Shown: positions 25,449 through 37,180, counted from the whole stretch's first letter. The stretch: DNA of 63,378 nucleotides, filler included, from Bigelowiella natans CCMP2755 (GCA_000320545.1; 4 parts of 4 records of this genome joined end to end with filler, not necessarily neighbours in it), one strand, 5' to 3'. Translations and numbers: made by a program. The notes: generated by a model from the letters alone, not told the origin.

Positions 25449-26766
25449 ATGGAAGACGATGGAGGATTCAACTTGAAGTTTCGGAAGGTCGGGCCATTTC
25501 CAGATTGCACACCAACCACCAAGTCTGACTTCCAGACCCTGCGGGATGGGAAACCCGCTGTTGTCCATTTTTACACCGGGTATTTCCACAAACCTCCATA
25601 TTTTTCATCGATTCACATGCATCACAGTAAAAATTGCTTGCAGGTGAGGAGGGTGTTGGCCCTGTGCGGAGCAGATGGAGCGCTGGGCCAAGGACAGCTT
25701 CTTCAAGGACAGCGTTTTCTTCCTTACTCTTTCATTAGCAGGGCCTGGTCTCGCTCGAACCTTCGCAGACCGATACCAGCTTAAAAAGGTGCAGAACGCC
25801 TTCGTTGAGAATGAATGGGAGATGCCAACATCAGGGCAGCTTGGGTGCCAAGGATTCTTGATATTCAACAAGAAGGGCAGACTGGTCGTCCCTAAATCGG
25901 AGCCATTTCTTGATGTGGGGGATGTTGCCTTCCAGGACGTTGAGTTTCAGTTGCAGACGCTGCTGGCTGAGGACGAAGGAGGAGAGCAAAGCGCGGTTCT
26001 GGCAGAAGGACAGGAAGTGAAGATCATACGCTTGACAAGGCACGCCCGAGTTAATGGGATTGTCGGTGTCATTAAGGGTTATGATAAGAAGGAGAGTCGT
26101 TACGAGGTGCTTCTCAGCGGCCAAACTAAGACACATCTAATAAGGCCTTACAACATTCTCCCGCTCACCCGCACTGCTGTGCGTAGGAAGAAACAAAGAA
26201 CTTCCGCCAGAACATCTACTTCGTGATCCACAGCCGGTCCTGGAGGTTGCTCCATGCCAACCACAGAGACCGGATGCAAGGATAGCAAGCCTGCTCCTGC
26301 AAAGTCTGAGCAGGAGGCTAAGGAAGACGCAGCGAAGGTTATGGAAGATTTTCCTTCCATTGGTGTGGATTTTATTGACAAGGAACATGATGATTGCTGG
26401 AAAAGTATCGCCAAGCTGCAACAATCAGGCTCCTTGGCTGACCTAATGACGGTGAAAGACACCCTCTTGGAGCACTTCAACCATGAGGAAAAGCTTTTCA
26501 CGTCCACTGGGTTCGACGATGGAGGGAGATTTTCGAAGACCGCATCCCATAACAAGGACCACGGAAACATCATCTCGGAGATTGACTCAGAGATAAGTAG
26601 AGTGAAGAACACGAAAAGCTCCTCCGAGCAAGAGGATGTTCCGTTTGAGTTTGCCTTAGCTCTAGCCAGGAGACTGAAAAAGCACACAGATCTCTACGAT
26701 ATGCAATATTCCTCGTTCATGGTCAATCATTTCAATCAGAAGCAGCAAAAAGCACAGAAAGTTTAG
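25449..26766 (+). CDS. selenoprotein: thioredoxin-like (UxxC/CxxC) + SH3-like + hemerythrin fusion, about 417 aa, Sec45 and Sec238
   Basis: Exon 1 25449-25579, GT-AG intron 25580-25643, exon 2 25644-26766. Reads '...VVHFYTG-U(TGA 25645)-GGCWPCAEQMERWAK...'. A second in-frame TGA at 26224 joins ORFs 25675-26226 and 26254-26766. Hemerythrin ligands H / HxxxE / HxxxH / HxxxxD are present (DKEH, HFNHEE, HNKDH, HTDLYD). True stop is TAG at 26764. Two SECIS-like hairpins lie downstream. Confidence 0.85.
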
Positions 26767-26805
26767 GCGGCCTTAGATTATTTGGACGTTGGACATGAGA
26801 TTATC

Positions 26806-26886
26806 CTCGAAATTCTCAAATGAAACCTTTGATGCAAAAGCTCTTTAGGGAGACGCTTCGAGGTGGAGAAAAAAACGGAATTTGAG
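26806..26886 (+). promoter_or_regulatory. SECIS element 1 (type II-like)
   Basis: Lower stem CTCGAAATTCT/GGAATTTGAG; core AUGAA (26820)...GGAG; upper stem ACCTTTGATGC/GCTTCGAGGT; unpaired AAAA; apical ministem CTCT/GGAG. Confidence 0.75.
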
Positions 26887-26988
26887 TCCCTCATAGCTAC
26901 ACGTCAGTGTCACTGTATAGGCATTATAATTCATTCATGAAAGAACATTGTGCGGAGGAATCATTCTCATTTTTCAAAAGTCGTTCAC

Positions 26989-27058
26989 GGAGAGCATACA
27001 ATGACGTTCAGATGCAAAAATCTTGAAAGGGAGGGCATATCTGGACAGAGACTTTACC
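26989..27058 (+). promoter_or_regulatory. SECIS element 2 (type II-like)
   Basis: Core AUGAC (27001)...AGAG (27047-27050); upper stem GTTCAGATGC/GCATATCTGGAC; unpaired AAAA; apical ministem TCTT-GAAA-GGGA. Confidence 0.78.
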
Positions 27059-27905
27059 ATATGTGCATCTATCTGTTGGTAGCTGTAAAATGTTGTGAAT
27101 GAACTTTGTATCGATGTGATATCCATCTATCAGTGTACATAGCATGGACGTATATACCTGCATTTAGATGATGTGGCAGCGAGCAGTTGCGTAGCTCGCT
27201 TACAGCTGTGTGCTAGCGACGAGTATGCGGAGCGTAACCACCATATGAGAGCTGCACAGTATAGTAGGCGAGAGGCTCAAGGACTAGACAATAAATGTAC
27301 CCACTATGTACGCTAGTGCCGTCGTATACGGCTAATATATACACGCTATTATTATCATATAGTAATATGTTAGTACACATATATACATCGTATAGCTTAA
27401 TGTAAATAATATATAACGTTTATACCAGCCACACTATATATAGCACGCTAGCACGTGAGCTACGTGCAGCTGTGTACGACGTGCACGAGCAGCCGCATCT
27501 AATGTTGTATTGGCTTCCTACTGCTGCTAGCGAGCAATACACCACGAGAGACGCTATACAGCATGATGAGCTAATAAACTAGTAAATCGTCAATGACAAT
27601 TACATCCATCTAGACAGTCTCATATAATGCACTTTAAGCTCTATAAGGCTACGCGCTGTAACTGTAGCTATTACCGCAGCTTTGCACAGCTACATTAGGA
27701 TGATATTGATAAAATTTAATGTGTTCCTCCATTATACCCGTCTCGTACACACACAAACACATATTATGCAAATATATAATGAGACATATAACTTTTAATG
27801 ACATGCATGAGAATTTCTTGCCTGCTGGGTCACATTTGTGCTTACAGCGGGGCCAACCGAGGTGTACACTGTGGCGTCCCTTCTTGCCTTACAAGCATAT
27901 GCAGC

Positions 27906-28826
27906 TCAAGCCTGCCCTGCAGTTGGGGCGTATGAGAGATGGAAATCGTCAAACCACGGATTCGCAAGGGCTTCGTTCACGGTAATTCTTTTATCAGGAT
28001 CCTGCATTATTATTAGGCGATCATCAAGGCGCTTGATTGCAACAATAACGCTAAGTCTGACCAACTGCATCGCAGGCAAGCACCAACAGGAGGAGACGCA
28101 CCTTCATGAGAAATCTAAGCAAGAGGCTGCATGCCATGGGGGACACGAATTTCCACCTCGGGTGTCTAAAACTTACCTGCCCATGAAGAAGAAGAGTAGG
28201 AGTAGTTATACTAACAGAGCAACGACTATATGACGATTCTAGCGGCAAGAAATGCTTGCAGGAAAAGGCCGGTTTTCGCACACAAATTTCGATGGGTTTG
28301 TGTGATGATAAGATGGCGACCGCTAGTACTACATGATGAAGTTAACCGCTATTTTCGGTGTTGTTGCATTGCTGTGTTTAGGGAGTACCGAGGAGGTCAG
28401 GGTACGGTGTACAACATCAGCCTTTGATTTTCCATCAAACGGCAACCCGCCGCGCAGCATCAGATAAAATATCACTCCTATCACCACAACATACACACAC
28501 ACACACACACACACACACGGAGCGCGTTAAGAAATATCATTTCATATGAGTTCATTCATTTTCCCGTCCGTTACTCTCTAAACGAGAAGGACCTACGAGT
28601 CTGGCCGGGGGGGGGGGACATGAAGTATCATCACCATCGTAGCAGCAGCGGTAGCTAGCAATAATGACGATAGAAATGGCGTCATCACCACCACGTACCT
28701 ATGCTCCAGATATCAACCGCTTTGGTGTAACCTTTGTTGCGCAATACCTCCTGAGGTGGTTATGGAAGAGATGAGCTGCTGTCAAGAGATGCTATTTCGA
28801 TGTGTCAACTATTGTGGTATCTCCCA
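27906..28826 (-). CDS. Ser/Thr protein kinase (CAMK-like), C-terminal part only; truncated by contig end
   Basis: Exons encode 'EVLRNKGYTKAVDIWSI|GVIFYLMLRGGLPFDGKSKADVVHRTL|..SFRHPRWKFVSPMACSLLLRFLMK|DPDKRITVNEALANPWF', which are kinase subdomains VIII-XI. Confidence 0.88.
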
Positions 28827-28926
28827 NNNNNNNNNNNNNNNNNNNNNNNNNNNNNNNNNNNNNNNNNNNNTTAATTAATTAANNNNNNNNNNNNNNNNNN
28901 NNNNNNNNNNNNNNNNNNNNNNNNNN
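28827..28926. other. artificial contig spacer (44 N + TTAATTAATTAA + 44 N)
   Basis: Identical 100-nt construct with stops in all six frames; occurs three times in the window. Confidence 0.97.
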
Positions 28927-29305
28927 CAAGGAAAACCAGTCGTTCCTTTTTTCTCCCGAGGTACTCTCCCCGAACAAGGATCGTGTTTAGTAGTCGCGCG
29001 CAGCAAGTATATGAAGAAATCATCATTTTCACATATTAGACATCCGCCCAACATTTTTTCTGTTGGCGTACGGGTAAGCGGGTGGAACGATCCCCCCGTT
29101 CCGATCAATCCGGTCGCGGGAGGTTTTTCCGCCACCCGCCCAGTTTTTCCGCCGTTCAGGGCCCCCCTCCTTTTCTCCTCCTCCTCCTCCTCCTCCTCGT
29201 AGCTCACCGTTTCGACGCACCACACCATAGGAAGAACACACGCATATAATATCTGCGCCCCCCCCCCCCGAAAAAAAACCCAATCCACGCGCCACGAAAA
29301 AGCAG

Positions 29306-29839
29306 GTGCTCTCCTTCTTAACGCTGAAAGACTGGGAGCAGATGATGCTCGACGCCAAGTGGAAGCGCTTCGACCCCGACCCCGGCGCCCTGCAGCGCTT
29401 GGCCATGGAGAAGGAACGCAGCCTTGAGGCTTTCCGCGAGCACAAACGGCAGCTCTCGATCAACGCACAGACGCGGGAGCAGCTGGACAAGGGCGATGGG
29501 GACTCGTCATCACCGTTCGGGCGTCTAGAGAATAAACACATGGCAGATTCGTTGGCAGAGACTGGAGGGGACGCGGCTGCATCTTCCTCCATCAAAAACC
29601 GGACTTTTGATGCCAGTCCATCTTCTGTTTCCGGCTCCTCGCCCAGCACGGCGGAAAAGCTATCGTCGACGCGCGCGGCTGCTGATAGGAGCGAGGAGAA
29701 GGCAAGGTCGGAAAATAGGGAGCTACCACAGGGTAGTAGTAATGATGATAATAGCAATAGGCGGAACTGCAATGGCTTACCAGCGAGGAAGACAGGCTTC
29801 TTTGCAAATGAAAGTGAAAGAATAGTCCTGAGATTGTAA
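29306..29839 (+). CDS. terminal exon of an unknown gene (5' part missing)
   Basis: Acceptor CAG|GTG at 29306, then 177 open codons with GC-rich codon usage, followed by (TA)n and (GA)n. Confidence 0.6.
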   Translation: MLSFLTLKDWEQMMLDAKWKRFDPDPGALQRLAMEKERSLEAFREHKRQLSINAQTREQLDKGDGDSSSPFGRLENKHMADSLAETGGDAAASSSIKNRTFDASPSSVSGSSPSTAEKLSSTRAAADRSEEKARSENRELPQGSSNDDNSNRRNCNGLPARKTGFFANESERIVLRL

Positions 29840-29853
29840 TCATAGTATATGTA

Positions 29854-29890
<37 letters not shown>

Positions 29891-29901
29891 TCGTGTATGC
29901 G

Positions 29902-29943
<42 letters not shown>

Positions 29944-31258
29944 CGTGTAGCTACATTGTATTGCAAAATACGGCCTCTATTTTATGCTAGCTTTGTATTT
30001 GTGGGAACACCTAGTAATGAAGCGTGTATTTACTAAAATGCATGCAAACTTAGATGCAGAAATCATGACAAATGCGAGCTGCTAAAATTTCGATTAGATT
30101 CAATGTGTACAAGGCGACATGTGCAAAAATGAACCATGCAGACATACCACAATAGCTGTTCAACACGCATCAAGATTGTACGTGCGTGCCATTGACATGG
30201 CAGCAGCACAGCCGTCTAGCCGTGAGGTCTATATATGCATGAAATGTGTTGCAGGTGCGCGCGCATGCAACCAACAATGCGATGTGCCTCCACGTACAAC
30301 GTCGTGCATCATGCATTGCATGCATGTGCTGCGCATCATTCTTGATCGACCGAGCACGCGTGGTGCATGCACGGCAATTGTACCGCTTCCGTAAATTATT
30401 ACATACACGCGCATGAGCATAGCCGTGCATGCGCGTGACCGAGCGATGTTGTGCACTGGGTGGCGATGCAATATGCGATGTGCACCATATGCATTTCATG
30501 CATATGCATGAACTACAAGTCCCTGTACGTGTATATGGACTACAAGTCCCTACACATAGCATGGCTCATCGATAGCTCGCTCCGTGCACACATTACACAG
30601 CATGCGCACGTAACTTCTGTGCGGCATTTCATGCACATACGCGAGCGCTACATGTACATGTGACGGATACGATGCTTATAATAATGAAATGAGTTATTTC
30701 AACATGTCAGCTGGCACATACACGCACACGTACGCACATTGCATATATAGCGAGCTGGCTTAATGTCGTCGTTCTTTTACGCAGCTCATATTGTTGCAAA
30801 CATAGCCGCATCAGCATGTGTGAGCCACATTGTGCCGCTGTGCTCCAGATGCCATATTTTGCATAAATTGTAGCACAGCATCGCATAAATGCTAGTATGT
30901 AGCAGGATTACTTGCCGAAGAACGTCATCAACTTGCCCGGAATAGGTTTAGAAAGTCAGAAGTGTTCATAGCTAATCAACAAAAGTTGCGGTGCATTCAT
31001 CAGCAAACAAGCGCACGAGCACTTCACGCATAAAACAATTTAAACAAACACATGCGTTTCATCCTCTAGTACAACAGAAACTGGAACTTTCCCTATCTTC
31101 TTCTCTCTGCTATCAGAGGAGCAATCGAAAGTGTGAAAAAGATGCACGAAGACTGGTTAAAGCACCGAAGCGAGATTAAGGGGCCGTGCTGCTGCTTGTC
31201 ACTGCTGCTGCCTAATACCACAGTCACATATCATCGAAGTTCGCTTGATTTTCAGGTC

Positions 31259-34200
31259 TCAAACTGTAGGTTGCTCGCCAGGTCTTCCTACAGGACTGAG
31301 CTCTACGTCGCTATTTTCTGGCACCATTGCGCCAACCTGCGCGCGGGAACCAGTCATGTACTTCCACGCGGCAGCTCCTCCGACAAACAAACCGCCAACG
31401 ACTGCTATCACGATGAAGACGATTAGGAGCTTTACAGCCTTCTTCCCGGCGGCTTCCCCAGAGGATTCCGCGGCAGATTCTTGGGAGTCCTCGCTTTCAG
31501 TCTCCTGATCCGCACTGGAGAAAGCTGTCAAGTGTGTGCAGGTGCACACAGTGTGGGTAGAGTGCGTCTCCTTCACCGTGCAGCCGCCCGTTGACCATTC
31601 GTCTCTGCTTTCGTCAAAATAACGACATTTGCGGGTGTAGTTCACTGCTTTTTTCCCCGGTGCTGTTGGGGCCGCGGTGGGTGAGCTGGTGGGAATCGTC
31701 GCAGTGGTATCCTCCTTAATGGGAATTGTGATGTCGATTGGTGCGGAGCCGTTGACCTTGATCTCAGAGCCATCATCTTTCTTGAAGGAGAGGACGACGA
31801 TCTCGGATTCAGGAGAAGACGTCTTGGTCGTATTCTTCTCGGCGAACGAGAAGATGTTGACCTTCATTTTGTAGAACTCGGTGGTCAGGATCTCGACGCC
31901 CGTGAAGTTACTGGTGCTAAAAACGTTGGGGTCGACAGTGAAGGAGGGTGACGGTTTGTTGCTGCTCCCGCTGCTTGTAGTATTGATTGTGAAGGTGGTG
32001 GGGGCAGACTTCATCGAGTCAGTATATTGCTTCTCCGTGACCAGTTCAACGTCACCTGTCGAGATGGTTGTACTCTCACCAGGGACGAGGCTTTTCGCGA
32101 GCGAAGTAGTTACATCCGACAATGTCTTCGTGTACTGCTTTGCCAGATTCGCGCGTCTTGTTTTCTCCTCGGTGGTGAGCTTGTTAGCTTCGGAAGCGGA
32201 GTCTTCGGTAGACACCGTTCCATTTTCAGTTACCTTGGTGGCGAGCATGACGTTGGTTGTGGATTCGAGGATGTCCTTTGCCACGGTCGCTGAGACGGGG
32301 AGGTCGTTAGTCTTGATGTTTTCCAGCATCTTCTTGGTAGTTTCCATGAGTTCCTCCTGCATTTCCTCAGAAATCTCTGCGGGCTTAGCGGCGATACTTC
32401 TGAGGAGCGATGAACTTTGTTCTACCTCGGACTCACTGGAAACGTTCTGACAAACGCTTTTGGACGATTTCAATAGCTGCTTTTTGATAGACTTGTTTCG
32501 GATTCTCTTGGCAGTCTGGTTGACGGTGGCCGATTGGTCCTCGTCATCCTCCTCAAGCAATTTAACGATCGTGGACACCATGGATACCGTCTTTGCAATG
32601 TCCCCTTCCTCCACGGCTGTGCTCACCTGCTCGTCTATAAGATCGCCGGCGACGTTCTCAATCCCGCCCTTTGTGGAGAGGGAGGAGCGCCCAGGGGGGT
32701 ACACGCTGACGACCACGTCGGTGGAAGAGATGGCTTGAATTCCAATAGCGCTGTCTCGCACATAGACGCGAATCTGCAATTGAGGGCGAAACAATATAAG
32801 AATTGTGCGTGCGTGTGTGAGTGTGTGCGTGCGTGCGTGCGTGCGTGCGTGCGTGTCTCGGAATCGCACTGTACGAACAACTACTATCATGACACAGCTC
32901 GACGACTCAGCCCACCCATCCTTCCCCAAACTCTCTCTGACTTACGTTTTTCCTGTAGTAGCTGCTCGCGTCTCCTGCGGGAATAGAGGATGCCGTGAAG
33001 GTTGATTGCTCGACCCAGCGGGAGAGGGCCACGTCCTCGACTAGAGTCGTGCCGTCCGTATCAAGCTTCATCAGCACGTATCTGTACCATAGAGGGGCGT
33101 CGCCACTGTCCGGATCGCTCCAATCAGAGCAACTGAAGGAGAAGTGATCGATGTCGAGGCTAGTACCATTGTTGACGGTGGCTTCGCAGGAGCCTCCCTC
33201 GGGGGGGGAGTTCACTTGGATGGTCACCGAGCTCTCACCGGCGCGGTTGCGGGCGGAATCAGTCACTTGCACTTTGCACGTTGTCGTCGAGCCGGCGAGT
33301 AGAGCCCTGGCTGGGATCACAAGGCCAGGTCTACTGAGCAATTTGGTAGGGAGGCTGATGTCGCTGCAATTCCAGAAGAATCTGTAGTTGGGTAGGAACG
33401 GAAGGTCCTCCCTTTCAAATCTAGCCATCACCTTGATTGGTTTTGAGGGGCTGACGCGCATCACATCGCCGCCATCAAGCTCGATGGTGTTGGACCTGAT
33501 CTCCGCATCTACAGCAATAACTGGGCTAGATGACACTTTCACGTAGACACGAGCGGCCTTGCTGCGGCTTCGCACGTCAGAGATCACTGTGAGAGTGAAC
33601 TTGTACTCGCTGCCGCCTGTCAGGGCGTTGGCAGGAACCTTGAGCACGCTGCGAGTCATGTCGACTGGAGCTGCAGTTCCAGTGAAGCACTCTCCTGTAC
33701 CGTCAGCCGGATCGCACCGCCAGATGTACTGAAGCTCCTTCCAATTTTCTTTTGCCTTTTCAGGGTCGTAGGAGAGGGACCCGTCCAACTTAAACGACTT
33801 GTCCACCGCTACCTTTCTCTTCCCACCGCGAATCCTCGCGACGACGGCACGCCCAATGACAGTGATACAGGTGGAATCTGTGGCGGTTCCCGTCCATTGT
33901 CCAATTCCAGCTTGCTGAGCTGAAACTGAGAAGGACAGCTGGAAGCAATAGGTGCTGTCGGGAGTGAGCGTTCCTTTTGGGATCTTCAGATACTTGCGAT
34001 TCATCCCCTCGAGGTAGACTTCGGGTCCAGATGTTTGCGTCCATGTGAAGCGGCGCGCAGAGGGGCGGCAGGCTTTGATCTTTGCCATTGCACCTATTTT
34101 GAGGTCGAAGGTGTTGTAGACAGTGCGGTTCTCTCGACCGTAAATCTTCACTGAGACAGCGGGCTCGTCGATGCCACACGAGAGGCACGAGAGCGAGGCT

Positions 34201-37180
34201 GTATTCAGCTCACCGTTTTGAGAGCAGCTGAAGGTGCTGGTCATGCCCTTGTTACGTGGGTACCAGCCTTTCATGCACGACACGGAGCAGGACTGTCCCG
34301 CCTGCAGTATCTTGCCACCGGCACATGCACTCTCGTCATTGACATTCAGAGCAATACCGGGGTTCAGCACATCGGGAAGTGTGCACGTCTCAGGCTGCGT
34401 GGCCTGAGCCGCCTGGCACGTGAGCGTTGGTTCGTACAGTTCTCCCTTGCACGCATAGTGTGGGAAACCACCAGTTGGGACGAACCCTGAGGCGCATGCG
34501 ACCCGGCAATATCCTCCGCCAGCAAGCGTCTGGCCTGCAGTGCAACCGCTAGTTCCCCCAGCGCTCACGATGTTGTCTCCGAAGGTCGTAGGGAGCGTAC
34601 AGTCAGCAGGCTTGCATTTGAAATTGGGGCGGGATAACCTGCCCCTCTCGCATTTGAAGAGGTTCTCAGCAGCCGTTGACTCGGGCTTGTAGCCATCCTC
34701 ACACTCAATAGCGCACTGATCGTGGTTGGCAAGGGTTCCACCAGCAGTGCAGTCGATGGTCTTGATTCCATAGCCGAAGTATCGCGGGAGCTTACAGGAC
34801 AGCGTTGTTGGCATCCTCGTTGGCTGGTTGGTGTTCTTTGCAGCGAGAGATGGAGCGAGAGTGGGCCTTCTGGTTGGGTAGCGCGTCGGGTTTGGTGTAG
34901 GCTGTGTTGGCGCAGTGTTGGGTTGTGCAGTGGGGTCTGGTGTAGGATATGCTGTTGGCTGATCGGATGGCCTTCGAGTTTTCCTCGCCCGTGTTGGGAA
35001 GCGGGTGGGGGGGTCGGTGGGAAATCTCGTTGGAAATTTAGTCGGTTGCGGAGTAGGTACTCCTATCGCATATGGGGTTGGCTCTGCGGTAGGAAAACGC
35101 GTCGGATACGCAGACGGATATGGGGTAGCAGCTGTAGGGCTAGTAGGCTCTAGCGTTGGAAACGCGCTTGGGCGTTTCGTCTTCTCATACCATTTTGTTG
35201 GCCTCTCGGTGGGCTGACCTGCAAAGGTCGGGAACCTGGTCGGGTACTTGGTAGGATACTTGGTGGGGATCTTGGTGACAGTACCAGGGCTTATAGTTTT
35301 CGGAGAATACTTGGAAGCAGGACTTGATCCAGGGTATGAAGCTGGGCTAGAGCCAGGGTAAGAACCAGGGTACGAAGCTGGACTTTTGCCAGGGTATGAA
35401 GCTGGGCTAGAGCCAGGGTAAGAACCAGGGTACGAAGCTGGACTTTTGCCAGGGTATGAAGCTGGGCTAGAGCCAGGGTACGAAGCTGGACTTTTGCCAG
35501 GGTAAGAGCCAGGGTAAGAGCCAGGGTACGAAGCTGGGCTTGAGCCAGGGTAAGAACCAGGGTACGAAGCTGGACTTTTGCCAGGGTATGAAGCTGGGCT
35601 AGAGCCAGGGTACGAAGCTGGACTTTTGCCAGGGTAAGAGCCAGGGTAAGAGCCAGGGTACGAAGCTGGGCTTGAGCCAGGGTAAGAACCAGGGTACGAA
35701 GCTGGACTTTTGCCAGGGTATGAAGCTGGGCTAGAGCCAGGGTACGAAGCTGGACTTTTGCCAGGGTAAGAGCCAGGGTAAGAGCCAGGGTACGAAGCTG
35801 GGCTTGAGCCAGGGTAAGAACCAGGGTACGAAGCTGGACTTTTGCCAGGGTAAGAGCCAGGGTAAGATCCAGGATACGAAGCTGGGCTAGAGCCAGGGTA
35901 AGATCCAGGATACGAAGCTGGGCTAGAGCCAGGGTAAGATCCAGGATACGAAGCTGGGCTAGAGCCAGGGTAAGATCCAGGGTACGAAGCTGGGCTTGAG
36001 CCAGGGTAAGAACCAGGGTACGAAGCTGGACTTTTGCCAGGGTAAGAGCCAGGGTAAGATCCAGGATACGAAGCTGGGCTAGAGCCAGGGTAAGATCCAG
36101 GGTACGAAGCTGGGCTAGAGCCAGGGTAAGACCCAGGATACGAAGCTGGGCTAGAGCCAGGGTAAGATCCAGGATACGAAGCTGGGCTAGAGCCAGGGTA
36201 AGATCCAGGATACGAAGCTGGGCTAGAGCCAGGGTAAGATCCAGGATACGAAGCTGGGCTAGAGCCAGGGTAAGATCCAGGGTACGAAGCTGGGCTTGAG
36301 CCAGGGTAAGATCCAGGATACGAAGCTGGGCTAGAGCCAGGGTAAGAGCCAGGATAGGTTGCGGGACTGGATACCGGACTGCTTCCTTCTCTGACAGACT
36401 GTTATACATGAATAAATTGTTCAAGCCATTAAAACAAATGTTTCATAGCAAATACATGGAAATAGATATGGTTAGCTCGTGGAATGAAGAGAGATGGATG
36501 AGCATGATTGTAAGCTCATTCTGATTGCGCGACAGAGAAGTAACGTACCCCCGATGCCACAAACATGTTACTGTAATCTCCGCACAGTGCCTTCATCGTC
36601 ACCGTTCCCGAGCCTGCCTTTGGCGACACCTGAAATGATCTATCATTAAAACTCTTTTCCAAAATTCGATTTAGAAGAAAGATGTATAAGGATCATACCC
36701 ATGTAAATTTTTGTTGCTGAGCTTTCTGATTCTTATTTCTGCACGTGTTGGTCTGGCTTGTCCCCCCCGCACTGAGGGAACCGGTGGAAACCACCTAAAA
36801 TATGGACGGATAACTTTCAGAAATCAATGCCTTTCATGGCGAATAGAGTTGCTTACGAGTTTGTACGCCAACGCGCCGCCAGGCGCAGTTTTCACTGTAA
36901 TTTCATAGTTTGTAGATGGGTTGTATTCTTGTGGAAGCCCACTAATGCTACACCTCGATAAATCTTCCTGCAATTGGAGTGAAATTAAGTTGATTTAAAT
37001 GTGTAATCTTTACGTATTCAAAAATCACACTCTCACCTTCATGCCATTCACACTCATACGAGAAAAGCTGGCGCCATCAGACCAACCGGAGTAACCATCG
37101 CAATTGTAGGATGACGGCCGAGCTTCGACACCACCCGCCAATACTAGGAGGGAGAGAACGGGCCGCAGCGCTGAACGCAT
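31259..37180 (-). CDS. giant type-I surface protein: signal peptide, Reeler-like domain, xSYP/xSSP and PT repeats, Cys-rich (Sushi-like) repeats, PKD/REJ region, GAIN-GPS, single TM
   Basis: Start 'MRSALRPVLSLLVLAGGVEA' at 37180. Reeler-like 'KFTW|VSPKAGSGTVTMKALCG'. Large exon 36390-32946. REJ-like 'LDGSLSYDPE', 'NSPPEGGSC', 'CSDWSDPD'. Intron 32945-32774. GPS motif 'CRYFDESRDEWSTGGC...CTCTHLTAFS'. TM 'LLIVFIVIAVVGGLFVGGAAAW'. Confidence 0.88.
35325..36355 (-). repeat. coding minisatellite of 12-bp units (GSYP, GSSP, ASYP, GKSP) with 36-bp and 132-bp higher-order repeats
   Basis: Plus-strand units such as AGGGTAAGAGCC, TGGGCTAGAGCC, AGGGTACGAAGC and TGGACTTTTGCC. A 132-bp block recurs at 35461, 35593 and 35725. 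Confidence 0.95.

Noticed and set aside
28871-28882. TTAATTAATTAA palindrome inside N-runs (also at 55806 and 61808)
   Set aside because: Artificial six-frame-stop spacer. Adjacency of sequence across these gaps is not trustworthy.
35325-36355. Possible CRISPR array or RNA polymerase II CTD
   Set aside because: No unique spacers and a eukaryotic context. The units are tetrapeptides in an extracellular protein, not YSPTSPS heptads.
35291-36424. 377-aa Leu/Ala repeat ORF (LALAQLRILDLT) resembling an LRR
   Set aside because: Shadow frame of the xSYP repeat. The Pro/Tyr frame is the one continuous with the downstream REJ-containing exon.
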